A stretch of DNA of 64,000 bases from contig CAVZPM010000001.1 in the NCBI GenBank assembly GCA_963777155.1, positions 1 through 64,000 of the forward strand. Reading direction: 5' to 3'. Positions 51,671 to 62,046 of this stretch are shown here, piece after piece. The stretch's first letter is position 1. Each line of letters begins with the position of its first letter. Position numbers and translations under genes: made by a program. Below the pieces are notes generated by a model that was not told where the DNA came from, did no database searches, and saw only the letters and a list, made by a program, of their open reading frames with translations. The DNA comes from Candidatus Bathyarchaeota archaeon (GTDB lineage: Archaea; Thermoproteota; Bathyarchaeia; Bathyarchaeales; Bathycorpusculaceae).

Positions 51671-52176
51671 TTTTTTTCTGCCTCAGGCTTTAGCCTCTTA
51701 GATAGTGTCTTTGCCAGTTCTTCTTCTTCTAACGCTTGCTTTTCCTCGAAAGTGTGCTCTTTAGGCAACCAGCTTGGTGCTTCAACATTCCTCTGTGTGA
51801 AGTACTGTCGTATTGCCCGTTTCAAGGCGCCAACTGCTAGGACTCCGCAGTGAAATTTGACGTCTGGTAAACCGCCGATTTCTTCCACAACGCGCTTCCA
51901 CGTTATGTCTTTCCATGCGGCTTCCAGGCTCATGCACTTTATCATTTCTGTAACGATGCTGGATGTAGCGATGTTGGCGGCGCATCCGTAGCTTTCGAAC
52001 TGTGCTCTCTCGATGATTTCTTTGTCGCTGATTTTCAGATAGAAAGTTATCATGTCTCCGCAGGCAGGGTTTCCTGCAACGGCGACGACTGTGGCATCTT
52101 CCATTTTGCCAAGGTTCTTTGGGTTACGGAATAAATCCATGATTTTTGGGTTATACGGTAATGGCATACGTGACAT
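51664..52176 (-). CDS. iscU: Fe-S cluster scaffold IscU/NifU-N with a C-terminal extension
   Basis: NPKNLG, GNPACGD, GCAANIA, KFHC. Confidence 0.92.
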   Translation of the reverse strand: MSRMPLPYNPKIMDLFRNPKNLGKMEDATVVAVAGNPACGDMITFYLKISDKEIIERAQFESYGCAANIATSSIVTEMIKCMSLEAAWKDITWKRVVEEIGGLPDVKFHCGVLAVGALKRAIRQYFTQRNVEAPSWLPKEHTFEEKQALEEEELAKTLSKRLKPEAEKKS

Positions 52177-52178
52177 TT

Positions 52179-53402
52179 TTAATCTACTCCTGTTGAGCCG
52201 ACTATCCCTCTTATACGATTGACAGCTGTAGGTAGAACTTTCAGAACGTAGGCTATATCTTCTTCTGTGTGTGCGCGGGTGACTTTCATTAATATGCTGC
52301 CGTGAGCTTCGCTATAGTGACGTCCGATGGCGACTAATACGTGGCTGGGTTGAAGCAGCCTTCGACTACATGCGCTTCCGCTTGAAACATAGACACCATT
52401 AAGGCTCAGTTCGATTGTTAATGCTTCGCCTTCTGCACGAAGTATGCTTACGTTGGCGTTGTCTGGGGAGCGTTTTTCACCTTTTGGACCGTTAAAGCGC
52501 AAATCATCAAGTTCAGCGAATATGCCGTCGACAAGTTTGTCGCGCAGTGTCCGCATTTTTTTGGTGTTCGCTTCAAAGTTCTCAAAAGCAAGCTCCGAAG
52601 CTCTCGTGAAGCCGACGATTAACGGGGTGTTTTCGACACCTGGCCAGAGTTTTTGTGTGCCGATTTGCCCTTCGAGGATACGCTCCATGTTTAAGCCGCT
52701 TTTTAGGTACATTGCGCCTATGCCTCTTGGACCCTGAATCTTGTAGCTGCTCAATGTGGCTAAGTCAACGTTTAGGCTTTGCACGTTTAATGGTATTCTG
52801 CCATATGCGTCTGAGGCGTCAGTGTGAAAGAGAGCGTGGGGGTTTTTGGCTTTCACGATGTCCACGGCTTCCTTGATGGGCTGGATTGTTCCAATCTCGT
52901 TGTTTACAGCTGAGATACTGACAAGTATTGTCTCGCTGTCGACTGCTTCTTTGAGTTTCTCAAGGTTGACAAAGCCTTCGTTGTTAACGGGGATTTTCTG
53001 TGTTGTGAAGCCGAATTTCTGCATCATCTCGGCTACTTGGAGCACGTTGATGGGTTCGATTTCTGAGATTACGATTTTTTTGCCCTTGCTTTTCTGTGCA
53101 AACGCGGATCCCATGATGGCGAGGTTGTTGGCTTCGGTTTCGCTTGGGGTGAAGGTGATTTCTTCAAGGTTCTTGGCACCTATGTAGTTGCTGATTTTTT
53201 TGAAGCTGTTCATTATGACTTCGAATGCTTCCCAGCCGGGTTTGTGTGTTAGCGTTGGGTTTCCATAGGCTGTCTTATTGAAGTATGGCAACATAGCATC
53301 TACAACTTCTTGGGGAACGATGCAGGAATTTTCATTGTCAAAGTAAACTTCATGTGTGATGCCCTCATGCAGTTTGAGGAGCTCTTTCACGTTTTCAACC
53401 AT
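52179..53402 (-). CDS. IscS/NifS-fold protein with a degenerate active site
   Basis: YGNP, TEANNLAI, VNNEIG, GPRGIG and SSGSAC present; PLP/substrate residues substituted (see findings). Confidence 0.85.
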   Translation of the reverse strand: MVENVKELLKLHEGITHEVYFDNENSCIVPQEVVDAMLPYFNKTAYGNPTLTHKPGWEAFEVIMNSFKKISNYIGAKNLEEITFTPSETEANNLAIMGSAFAQKSKGKKIVISEIEPINVLQVAEMMQKFGFTTQKIPVNNEGFVNLEKLKEAVDSETILVSISAVNNEIGTIQPIKEAVDIVKAKNPHALFHTDASDAYGRIPLNVQSLNVDLATLSSYKIQGPRGIGAMYLKSGLNMERILEGQIGTQKLWPGVENTPLIVGFTRASELAFENFEANTKKMRTLRDKLVDGIFAELDDLRFNGPKGEKRSPDNANVSILRAEGEALTIELSLNGVYVSSGSACSRRLLQPSHVLVAIGRHYSEAHGSILMKVTRAHTEEDIAYVLKVLPTAVNRIRGIVGSTGVD

Positions 53403-53562
53403 ACAGTATCCTACCTGAATTTCTTGGGACAGATAAACTCGTTACTTGCTAATATCTAGTTCAGATAGAAAAATGTAGCTGAAAAAACTGTTTCCGCTAA
53501 GGCTAACACTATTAATCAGCATACTCCATATTGATAAAATATCAACTGACGGCGAGACTATA

Positions 53563-55842
53563 GTGAAGATTGTAGACTTATCTGTTCCAGAATCAGTTAA
53601 AGAAGTCCTATGTGGTCTGGGAATTGCAGAGTTGTTTCCACCCCAAGAAGATACCATACGGGCAGGAGTGCTTGAGGGAAGAAACATCGTTTTGGCAAGT
53701 CCCACTGCGTCTGGAAAAACTTTGATTGCTGAACTCTGCGGTCTTAAACACGTGCTTGAGAAGGGTGGCAAAGTCATCTACCTATCCCCTCTCAGAGCGT
53801 TGGCAAGTGAAAAGTTCGAGGAATTCCAAAAGTACACTTCAATCCGTAAGGTTGATGGTAGAAAAGTCTCTGTTGGCATGAGCACGGGGGATTTTGACAG
53901 CGCCGACAACTGGCTGGAACGCTATGACATCATAGTTACGACCAACGAGAAAGCTGATTCGTTGCTTCGTCACCGTGCCAAATGGATGGACAGCATATCT
54001 TTGGTTATTGCCGACGAAATTCATCTCTTAAACGAGGCAGAACGCGGACCTACATTGGAGATTGTGCTGGCAAGGCTCCTGCAGGTAAACCCCCATATCC
54101 AAATTCTGGCCCTCAGCGCAACCATAAACAATGTCGATGAAATTGCTGGGTGGCTAAATGCAAAGTACGTTGTTACCGAGTGGCGTCCCATAAACCTCAA
54201 AGAAGGTATCATGCTAAAAGAAGAAATCCAATACAAAGACGGTGAGGCAAGGAAAATCGAGCCCGAAACCCATCTACCAGTCGTGAACCTAGTTTTAAAC
54301 ACGTTGCGAAATGGTGGGCAAGCCTTAATTTTTGCTTCGACACGCAGGAACGCTGTTTCGGCGGCAAAAACGGTTGCTAGCCACATGGACAAGGTGCTGG
54401 TGCCTAAAAGTGGCTCCAAACTAGTTAAGCGTTCATTGGAGGAACAGACAAGGGGCGTTTTGGAGAAGGAGGCAAAGAAGATTTTGGATGCTGGCGAACA
54501 TACTCAACTTAGTGAGGAACTTGCCGATTTAGTTCGCTGTGGTACAGCTTATCATCATGCAGGGTTGTCAGGTGCACACCGCAAAGTCATAGAGGACGCG
54601 TTCAAGGAGCGGAAAATCAAAGTTTTAACTGCCACACCAACCTTGGCTTGGGGTGTTAACTTGCCTGCCAGAACAGTCATAATTCAAGACTACCGCCGTT
54701 TCGAAGCTGGCTTGGGTAACTACCCCATAAGCGTACTCGACTATAAGCAGATGGCCGGACGCGCAGGTCGACCAAAATACGACAAATTCGGCGAATCTGT
54801 CCTGATTGCCAAAACTGCCGACGAAGCCGACTACCTGATGGAAAGCTACGTGCTGGCTAAACCCGAGCGGATTTGGTCTAGATTGGCAGTGGAGAAAGTC
54901 ATCCGTGCCCACGTTTTAGCGACGATTGCCTCGGATTTTGCACACACAGAACAGGGTATTTACGAGTTTTTCGGCAAAACCTTCTACGCTTACCAGTACG
55001 ACGTAAAAGCTATCCAAAACGTCATCAACAGAATTCTACGTTTTCTGCACGATGAAGAGATGATTTACGTTGCTGGGGATAATATATTGGCTACCAAGTT
55101 TGGCAAACGGATAAGCGAACTCTACATCGATCCTTTATCTGGTGTAATAATCAGAGATGCACTGCAGAGGAAACTACCCCTATTAACCGAGTTCAGCCTG
55201 CTGCACTTAGTTGCTCATACACCAGACATGGGACCAATCATGCGTCCTTACCAGCGGGAAATGGACAACCTCGTAGTGCAAACTGAAGACCACAAACAAG
55301 AACTCTTCGTTGAAGTCCCCGACCAATGGAGCGACCATATAGGCTACGCTGACTTTCTGGGTGAAGTTAAAACTGCGATGGTGATGAATAATTGGATTGA
55401 GGAGTTGCCGGAGGAAAAGGTCATTGAACGGTTCAACGTGCAGCCGGGAGACCTTTATCGAACCATCGAGACCGCCAAGTGGCTTCTGCACGCCATAGAC
55501 GAGCTTTCGCCAGCCGTGGGGACAAAAAACAAAGAAGTCTCAGCACTTAGTCACGAGTTGGTTGAGCGGGTTTCAAAAGGCATAAAACGTGAACTGTTAC
55601 CCATCGTGGCATTGGAGGGTGTGGGTAGAGTCAGAGGACGTATAATCTTTAACGCAGGATACCAAACCATCGAAGACCTCAAACACGCTCCCGTCGAAGA
55701 ACTCACTAACCTGCCGTCTGTGGGTCCAAGGTTAGCTAAGAAAATCAAAGAGCAAGTCGGCGGTTTCGTAAAAAAAGAAACATGGGAAAATCTGGGAAAA
55801 GCACCAGATGAAGCTGCCCAGAAAGGCTTGTTTGACTTCTAA
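53563..55842 (+). CDS. hel308: Ski2-like DNA helicase Hel308/Hjm
   Basis: PTASGKT, DEIH, LSAT, HHAGL, GVNLPA, QMAGRAGRP, HhH, C-terminal PIP-like QKGLFDF. Confidence 0.92.
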   Translation: MKIVDLSVPESVKEVLCGLGIAELFPPQEDTIRAGVLEGRNIVLASPTASGKTLIAELCGLKHVLEKGGKVIYLSPLRALASEKFEEFQKYTSIRKVDGRKVSVGMSTGDFDSADNWLERYDIIVTTNEKADSLLRHRAKWMDSISLVIADEIHLLNEAERGPTLEIVLARLLQVNPHIQILALSATINNVDEIAGWLNAKYVVTEWRPINLKEGIMLKEEIQYKDGEARKIEPETHLPVVNLVLNTLRNGGQALIFASTRRNAVSAAKTVASHMDKVLVPKSGSKLVKRSLEEQTRGVLEKEAKKILDAGEHTQLSEELADLVRCGTAYHHAGLSGAHRKVIEDAFKERKIKVLTATPTLAWGVNLPARTVIIQDYRRFEAGLGNYPISVLDYKQMAGRAGRPKYDKFGESVLIAKTADEADYLMESYVLAKPERIWSRLAVEKVIRAHVLATIASDFAHTEQGIYEFFGKTFYAYQYDVKAIQNVINRILRFLHDEEMIYVAGDNILATKFGKRISELYIDPLSGVIIRDALQRKLPLLTEFSLLHLVAHTPDMGPIMRPYQREMDNLVVQTEDHKQELFVEVPDQWSDHIGYADFLGEVKTAMVMNNWIEELPEEKVIERFNVQPGDLYRTIETAKWLLHAIDELSPAVGTKNKEVSALSHELVERVSKGIKRELLPIVALEGVGRVRGRIIFNAGYQTIEDLKHAPVEELTNLPSVGPRLAKKIKEQVGGFVKKETWENLGKAPDEAAQKGLFDF

Positions 55843-57176
55843 GCGCCCTTCGCGAATTTTTCCGCTTGCTTAACTGCTGTTCCCAAATAGTTTTTGGGGT
55901 TTAGGGCTTTGTCAATTTCTTTCTCTGAGAGTTTGTTACTGACGAGTTTGTCTTCTTGGAGAATCTGCTTGAATGGTTTCTTTTCAACTGCGCTTTTTAT
56001 GGTGAGTTGTCTTAGTAGTTCGTGTGCTTCCTGTCGGTTTACACCCTTCTTTGCGAGTGTCATCATTACGGATTCCGACATGGCGCGTCCCTGCGTTAAC
56101 GAGAGGTTCTGTAGCATGCGTTCGCTGTCTATGCGCAGGTTTATGACAATATTGCACATGAGGTTCAAGATGTAGTCGAGCAGTATTGACGATTCTGGGA
56201 GAATGAACCGTTCCGCAGAGGACTGGGTTAGGTCGCGTTCATGCCAAGTAACCATATCCTCTAGCGCTGGAGTGCTGAGGCTTCGGACGATTCGGGCTAA
56301 ACCACAGACGCGCTCGCATGTTTCTGGATTCTGCTTGTGTGGCATAGTGGAGCTGCCAACCTGTTTTTTAGCTTCAAAGGATTCGAATAATTCGCCAATT
56401 TCGGGTCGCTGAAGCTCACGGATTTCAGTTGCGAAATTTTCAAGCGAAGAAGCAATCATACCATAGATGCAAACGAGTTCTGCGTAGCGGTCGCGTTGGA
56501 CAATTTGCGTTGAAATCTCGGCTGCGTTCAAACCTAAGCGTTTCATAACGAGCTCTTGGATTTGCTCAGCGTGTTCACCTAAGCCTGCTTGGGTTCCGAC
56601 GGCGCCGCTGACTTTTCCCGTTAAAACACGCTTTTTACAATCTTCTAACCGTTCGAGATGCCTGTTTACCTCATAGCCCCAGACTGCGAACTTGAAGCCC
56701 AAAGTAATTGGCAAAGCGTGTTGCCCGTGGGTCCGTCCTATCATGACGGTGTCTTTGTGTTTGGCAGCTTGTTTCTGCAAAATTTCCTTATACTCTGTTA
56801 GCCTTTTCTCAAGAACCTCTATGGCATCTTTAAGCTGAAGAGCATTAGCTGTGTCGACGATGTCGTAGCTCGTTGCGCCTAAATGTACGTAGGCACCGCT
56901 TTCCCCACATACTTCCGAGAGCGCACGTACCAGCGAGGCAATGTCATGCTTAATCTCCTTCTCAATCGCTTTAACACGTTCAACCTTGACGTATTTGGTG
57001 GATGCCATTGAAGCGATTTTTTCCGCATCTTTCTTTGGGATGTTTCCGACTTCAGCGTGAGCTAAAGCCAAAGCCGCTTCAACATCGAGCAGTTTCTGTG
57101 TGCGCGTTTCTTCGTCAAAGATTTTAAGCATTTCAGGCGTTCCATAACGCCCAGTATCTATGGGTAAGATTGGCAA
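55839..57176 (-). CDS. purB: Adenylosuccinate lyase
   Basis: HLGATSYD, GRTHGQHA, GSSTMPHKQNP, HERDL. Confidence 0.95.
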   Translation of the reverse strand: MPILPIDTGRYGTPEMLKIFDEETRTQKLLDVEAALALAHAEVGNIPKKDAEKIASMASTKYVKVERVKAIEKEIKHDIASLVRALSEVCGESGAYVHLGATSYDIVDTANALQLKDAIEVLEKRLTEYKEILQKQAAKHKDTVMIGRTHGQHALPITLGFKFAVWGYEVNRHLERLEDCKKRVLTGKVSGAVGTQAGLGEHAEQIQELVMKRLGLNAAEISTQIVQRDRYAELVCIYGMIASSLENFATEIRELQRPEIGELFESFEAKKQVGSSTMPHKQNPETCERVCGLARIVRSLSTPALEDMVTWHERDLTQSSAERFILPESSILLDYILNLMCNIVINLRIDSERMLQNLSLTQGRAMSESVMMTLAKKGVNRQEAHELLRQLTIKSAVEKKPFKQILQEDKLVSNKLSEKEIDKALNPKNYLGTAVKQAEKFAKGA

Positions 57177-57343
57177 GTTAGCTTTCCTCAACGTCTAAGG
57201 TATGCGGATTAAAGATTAATGTTTTGTGAAAAAAAATGATTTACAGAAATTATTTGACCTAAATGACTCTTGTATTGTAAGAAAATTAATGTTTAACCAC
57301 ACACATTAGTAGAGTATTAAGAGTATTTTGGTGGGTAGAAGAA

Positions 57344-58796
57344 ATGAAAGTTACAGTTGCAGTGTTAGATAAAAACGGCGATGGTGCTGTTGAAACAGTT
57401 CTTGACGTATTGAATTCGTTTGATGTTGGTTCGCCCTCGCATTTTGGGTTAGTTACTCCTAAGAAAAGTCTTTTCGAAAAGAACGTTGAAATCATAAAAA
57501 AACAGGGCTTAAAATCATCAACCGCTGCAGGGTATGTGACTTCAAAGCCAAAATCAAACAGTGATTATGAACATCTTACAGTTGGATGAGGCTGCGTTGC
57601 TCTTTGAAGGCAGAGTTGTACTCGACTGTACCGAAAACAGCTGTTATGGAACAGTTTGTAAAATGCCTCGGTTCACTGCGAAGCCATCACTTCAAACACT
57701 AATAGAGCAAGCAGACGGAGACTATTCATTCCTGATGGTGAAGGACGGCTGGGTTGCTGGTGCAAGAGATCCTATTGGAGTTCAACCTCTATACTTCGGT
57801 GAAAACAGAGACATCGCCGCCTTTGCCACAAACCGCAAAGCCCTCTGGAAACTCGGAATAGAAACACCCACCTCTTTTCCACCAGGGAACCTTGCGTTCG
57901 TTAACAAAGAAGGCTTCAAATTTAAACCCGTAAAAACCCTGACTTTCAAAGAACCCAAACCCATAACAATTGATGATGCCGCCAAAACGATCCAATCTCT
58001 CCTTGAACAATCCATCCAGCGTCGGGTGCACGGATTAAAGGAAGTTTCAGTCGCGTTTTCGGGAGGTTTGGATAGCAGCTTAGTGGCTTTCTTGGCAAAC
58101 AAAAGCGGGGTTAAAGTTAATCTGTTCCACGTAAGCTTGGAGAATCAATCAGAATCCGAAGACGCCATCGAAGCTGCGGAAGCGTTGAATTTGCCTTTGC
58201 AGGTGGATTTGTTTAAGGACTCTGACGTAGAAACGGTTTTACCAAAAGTTGTCGAGCTAATCGAGGAACCTGACCCAGTAAAAGCAAGCATTGGTGTGCC
58301 GTTCTATTGGGTGGCAGAGAAAGCGGCAGAAGCAGGTTTTAAAGTCATGTTGGCTGGACAAGGTGCGGATGAATTGTTTGGAGGTTACCAACGCTACGTT
58401 AAAGAGTACTGTAGCAAGGGAGAAAAAGTTTCGAAAACCATGTTTAGCGATGTGCTTGGGCTTTATGAGAGTAATCTTGAACGGGACTTGAAGATCACTG
58501 GGTTTTTTGATGTCGAGTTGCGTTTGCCTTTCGGCGCCTTTGACCTCGCCGAGTACGCATTGACTTTGCCTTTAGACTGCAAATTTGAGCAGAAACCTGA
58601 CACCTTGAGAAAGCTGGTTTTGCGGAGAGTAGCCCTGAATGCCGGAGTGCCCAAATCGATATCGGACAAACCGAAAAAAGCAGTACAATACTCCACAGGA
58701 ATCAACGATGCAGTAAAGCGCATAGCCAAGAGACAACAAAAAACAGTCAATCAATACATAACTGAGCTGTTCCAAGGATCCAAAAACAGCCCCTAA
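57344..58796 (+). CDS. Asparagine synthetase-like protein (several indels at 57570-57690)
   Basis: ARDPIGVQPLY, FSGGLDSS, GQGADELFGGY, KKAVQY. Confidence 0.82.
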
Positions 58797-58859
58797 CCCT
58801 CAAACCTGCAATTACTTCTAGGCAATTCTTGATATTTGTAGTATAGCTCTAAAAAGAAG

Positions 58860-59230
58860 AAGGAATTGTTCGTACAAACAGCTGTCTTTTTCTAGTCGTA
58901 GTTGAAGTACTTAATAATCCAGCGTACTCAAGAACGCGATTGATTGGGCTTCAAGACCAAAAGCAGAGACGCCTCTTGAAGGCAAACCCGTAGCAATCAT
59001 GAGCGCCTCCACGGGAAGATTAGGGGGTGCAAGAGCCCAATATCATTTGCGCTCCTTCATTTTCCTTAACATGCTCCTTGTTAACCGTCCCGAAGTCATG
59101 TTGTCAGATGCAGCACACAACGTAGATGCAGACGGAAAAAGTAACCAATGAACAAACACGTCACCTCATTAAGCAGGTGTTGGATTCGTTGTCAACGTGG
59201 ACAAATAGGCTCAAAGATAAGACGCAGTAA
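58860..59230 (+). pseudogene. NADPH-dependent FMN reductase remnant, 5' half eroded
   Basis: From 58924: VLKNAIDWASRP...GKPVAIMSASTGRLGGARAQYHLR...PEV; no start codon or N-terminal GSLR motif; further shift near 59140. Confidence 0.75.
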
Positions 59231-59307
59231 AATAGCCTAACTGTTTTTGTGTTGACTCAGCAAAGCCTTAAAATGTTTAATCTCTACGTTAGAGTTTGGG
59301 TGCCTAC

Positions 59308-60606
59308 ATGAGAGTCATAGCTGACCTGCACATCCACGGTAGATACAGCCGAGCAACAAGCGAACAAATGAGCATACCCCAAATCGCAAAGTACGCAAAA
59401 ATCAAAGGATTAAACCTTGTCGGCACCGGGGATTTCACCCATCCTCAATGGCTAAAAGAAATTAAAGAAACACTCACACCCGAAGCTGACTCAGGTCTTT
59501 TCAAATTAACCAACGCAGATTCTCTCGTTCGGTTTATGCTGCAAACTGAAGTCTGCACAATCTTTGACTATAAAGGTGAATCCAAGAAGGTACACCATGT
59601 CATACTCACTCCGTGGCTTGAAACCGCTGAACAAATCAATGAGCGCCTCCAAAGCTTTGGTAGCTTGAGTTCAGACGGTAGACCGATCTTAAATGTTTCA
59701 GCATCCCAACTAGTCGAGCAGGTGATGGAGGTTTGCGGCGACAACATGGTTTTTCCAGCACATGCCTGGACGCCCTGGTTTAGCATTTTTGGAGCGTTTA
59801 GTGGTTTTGACACTGTTGAGGACTGCTACCAAGACATGACCAAACATATTCATGCGTTGGAAACTGGTTTGTCGTCTGATCCGGCCATGAATTGGCGCCT
59901 CAGCAAACTCGACAGATACGCGCTTGTTTCGAACAGTGACTGCCACAGTTTTTGGCCCTGGCGAATAGGTCGAGAAGCTAACGTGTTTGAGCTGGAAAAA
60001 TTAACTTACAATGGGATAACCGACGCCATTGTCTCCAATGATTCTTCCCACTTCAAGTTCACCATAGAAACAGACCCCGCCTACGGCAAATACCACTGGA
60101 CGGGGCACCGAAACTGCAAAGTGTCGCTGTCACCTAAAGAAGCCATAAAATTCGGAAATATCTGCCCAGTTTGCCGTGGAAAACTTACCAAGGGTGTTGA
60201 ACAACGTGTCGAAGAACTAGCGGATAGACCAGTTGAGTTTAAGCGCGAGGGTGCCCCAGGGTTTTTGCGTTTGCTTCCACTCTCCGAAATCATTGCTACG
60301 GTGCTTGGGACTGATTCACCTTCTACACAAGCGGTTTGGAAAAAATACAATTTGCTGGTTGAAAAGTTCGGAGACGAGTATTCGGTATTGACGTCTGCAC
60401 CTCTGGATGCGTTGATTCAGGTTGTTGATGCACCCACTGCGCAAGCAATCATTAAGGTAAGGGATGGTTCCGCCAAAGTTACTCCTGGATATGACGGTGT
60501 TTATGGGCAGCTGGTTTTGGGTGTCGATGCACTGCTGCCAGTCAAGCTTAAACCCAAGCTGGTTCAGCCAGTTGTTAAACAGAAAAGTATGAGCGACTTC
60601 TGGTAA
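59308..60606 (+). CDS. Endonuclease Q family PHP-domain protein
   Basis: ADLHIH..YS.ATS, GTGDFTHP, PAHAWTPW, ETGLS, SNSDCHS, GKYH, CPVC, PGYDGVYG. Confidence 0.9.
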   Translation: MRVIADLHIHGRYSRATSEQMSIPQIAKYAKIKGLNLVGTGDFTHPQWLKEIKETLTPEADSGLFKLTNADSLVRFMLQTEVCTIFDYKGESKKVHHVILTPWLETAEQINERLQSFGSLSSDGRPILNVSASQLVEQVMEVCGDNMVFPAHAWTPWFSIFGAFSGFDTVEDCYQDMTKHIHALETGLSSDPAMNWRLSKLDRYALVSNSDCHSFWPWRIGREANVFELEKLTYNGITDAIVSNDSSHFKFTIETDPAYGKYHWTGHRNCKVSLSPKEAIKFGNICPVCRGKLTKGVEQRVEELADRPVEFKREGAPGFLRLLPLSEIIATVLGTDSPSTQAVWKKYNLLVEKFGDEYSVLTSAPLDALIQVVDAPTAQAIIKVRDGSAKVTPGYDGVYGQLVLGVDALLPVKLKPKLVQPVVKQKSMSDFW

Positions 60607-60654
60607 CCCAAAACGGTTTAATTCAACACAATTCTAGATGATTCTTAAGGACCG

Positions 60655-62046
60655 ATGACTTTGAAGGACCTTCTCACTAAAATCAACAATGTAGCCACCC
60701 AGAAGTTTGGGGCAGAATACGCCGAGGCGCGAGCCCAAAAAATCGTCAAAACCTCACTGACTCTAAAGGAGGAACGTGTGGAAGCCGCTAAGCAAGGCAT
60801 CGAAAACGGTGTTGCCATCCGCGTATTAGTGAACGGCGCATGGGGCTTTGCTTCTGTAGGTTCATTTAACGGTGATATTTTGGATGATGCAGTTTCAGAT
60901 GCCTGCAGGATGGCGAAGCTTGCAAGCGAGAGATTAAAGACGCCCATTAAGCTTGCAGCCGCCAAAGTAATTGAAGACCGCGTGGTAGCTAAGCCTAAGA
61001 AGAACCCAGCGAACGTAATTATGGAGGACAAAATAAGAACGGCTGCTGAAGTGAACAAAGCAATTTTGGGTTTCGATGGGCGCATTAAGAGTTGTTCAGT
61101 GGATTACGTGGATTTGATGGGAAGCAGCTTTTTTGTAAACAGCGAAGGCACAAACGTTGAACAAGATAAACTATATGTTTGGGCAAGAATCACCGCTTCT
61201 GCCCAGAGCGGAGGCGTCTTCACTTCTAGCCGAGAGGAGATTGGCTCCACCGCAGGCTACGAACTCTTCGATGAACAAGCCCCCGAGGTTTTAGGCGTGA
61301 AGGTTGCCAAACTAGCAATTGAGCAGTTAAATGCTAAATCTCCAAGGGGCGGAAAGTTCCCGGTTGTTCTGGGTCCTAACGTTGTGGGGGCTTTTGTGCA
61401 TGAAGCGTTTGGGCATTTAGCTGAGGCAGATTTGGCGCTTTCAGGTGGAATTCTAGCAGACAACTTCGGTAAGAAAATCGGTTCAAATTTGGTTACTTTC
61501 TATGATGATGGTACAGTGGAGGGAGCTTTTGGTGCATTCAAGTATGACGACGAAGGTATTCCATCCCATAAAACATTGCTCATAAAAGATGGAGTTGTGA
61601 CTGGTCTGATGCATAACCGTGAAACTGCGCAAAAATTCAACTCTCAGCCCACAGGAAACGCGCGAGCTGAGGATTTTCGCGTTGAGCCAATTATTCGAAT
61701 GCGTTGTACATACATGGCGCCTAGAGACCGAACTTTTGAAGAACTGATCGAAAATGTCAAATCGGGCTATTATTTTAAGAGTTTTAGGGGTGGGCAAGCA
61801 AACCTTGATGGAACCTTCCAAGTTGGTATCCAAGAAGGCTACGAGATAACAAACGGCGAATTGGGTGCACCCGTCCGTAATGCCTCAATAAGCGGAAACA
61901 CCCTTGAAACCTTGCATAAGGTCAATGCGGTCGGCAAGGATTTCCTGTTGGATCCTGGGCGATGTGGGAAGGGGCAAATAGCTTTTATCAGTGATGGCGG
62001 TCCACACATTAAAATTAGCGAGGTTGTAGTCGGTGGCAGTGCTTGA
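60655..62046 (+). CDS. tldD: TldD metalloprotease subunit
   Basis: HEAFGH..EAD, YDDEG, GNARA, CGK. Confidence 0.9.
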   Translation: MTLKDLLTKINNVATQKFGAEYAEARAQKIVKTSLTLKEERVEAAKQGIENGVAIRVLVNGAWGFASVGSFNGDILDDAVSDACRMAKLASERLKTPIKLAAAKVIEDRVVAKPKKNPANVIMEDKIRTAAEVNKAILGFDGRIKSCSVDYVDLMGSSFFVNSEGTNVEQDKLYVWARITASAQSGGVFTSSREEIGSTAGYELFDEQAPEVLGVKVAKLAIEQLNAKSPRGGKFPVVLGPNVVGAFVHEAFGHLAEADLALSGGILADNFGKKIGSNLVTFYDDGTVEGAFGAFKYDDEGIPSHKTLLIKDGVVTGLMHNRETAQKFNSQPTGNARAEDFRVEPIIRMRCTYMAPRDRTFEELIENVKSGYYFKSFRGGQANLDGTFQVGIQEGYEITNGELGAPVRNASISGNTLETLHKVNAVGKDFLLDPGRCGKGQIAFISDGGPHIKISEVVVGGSA

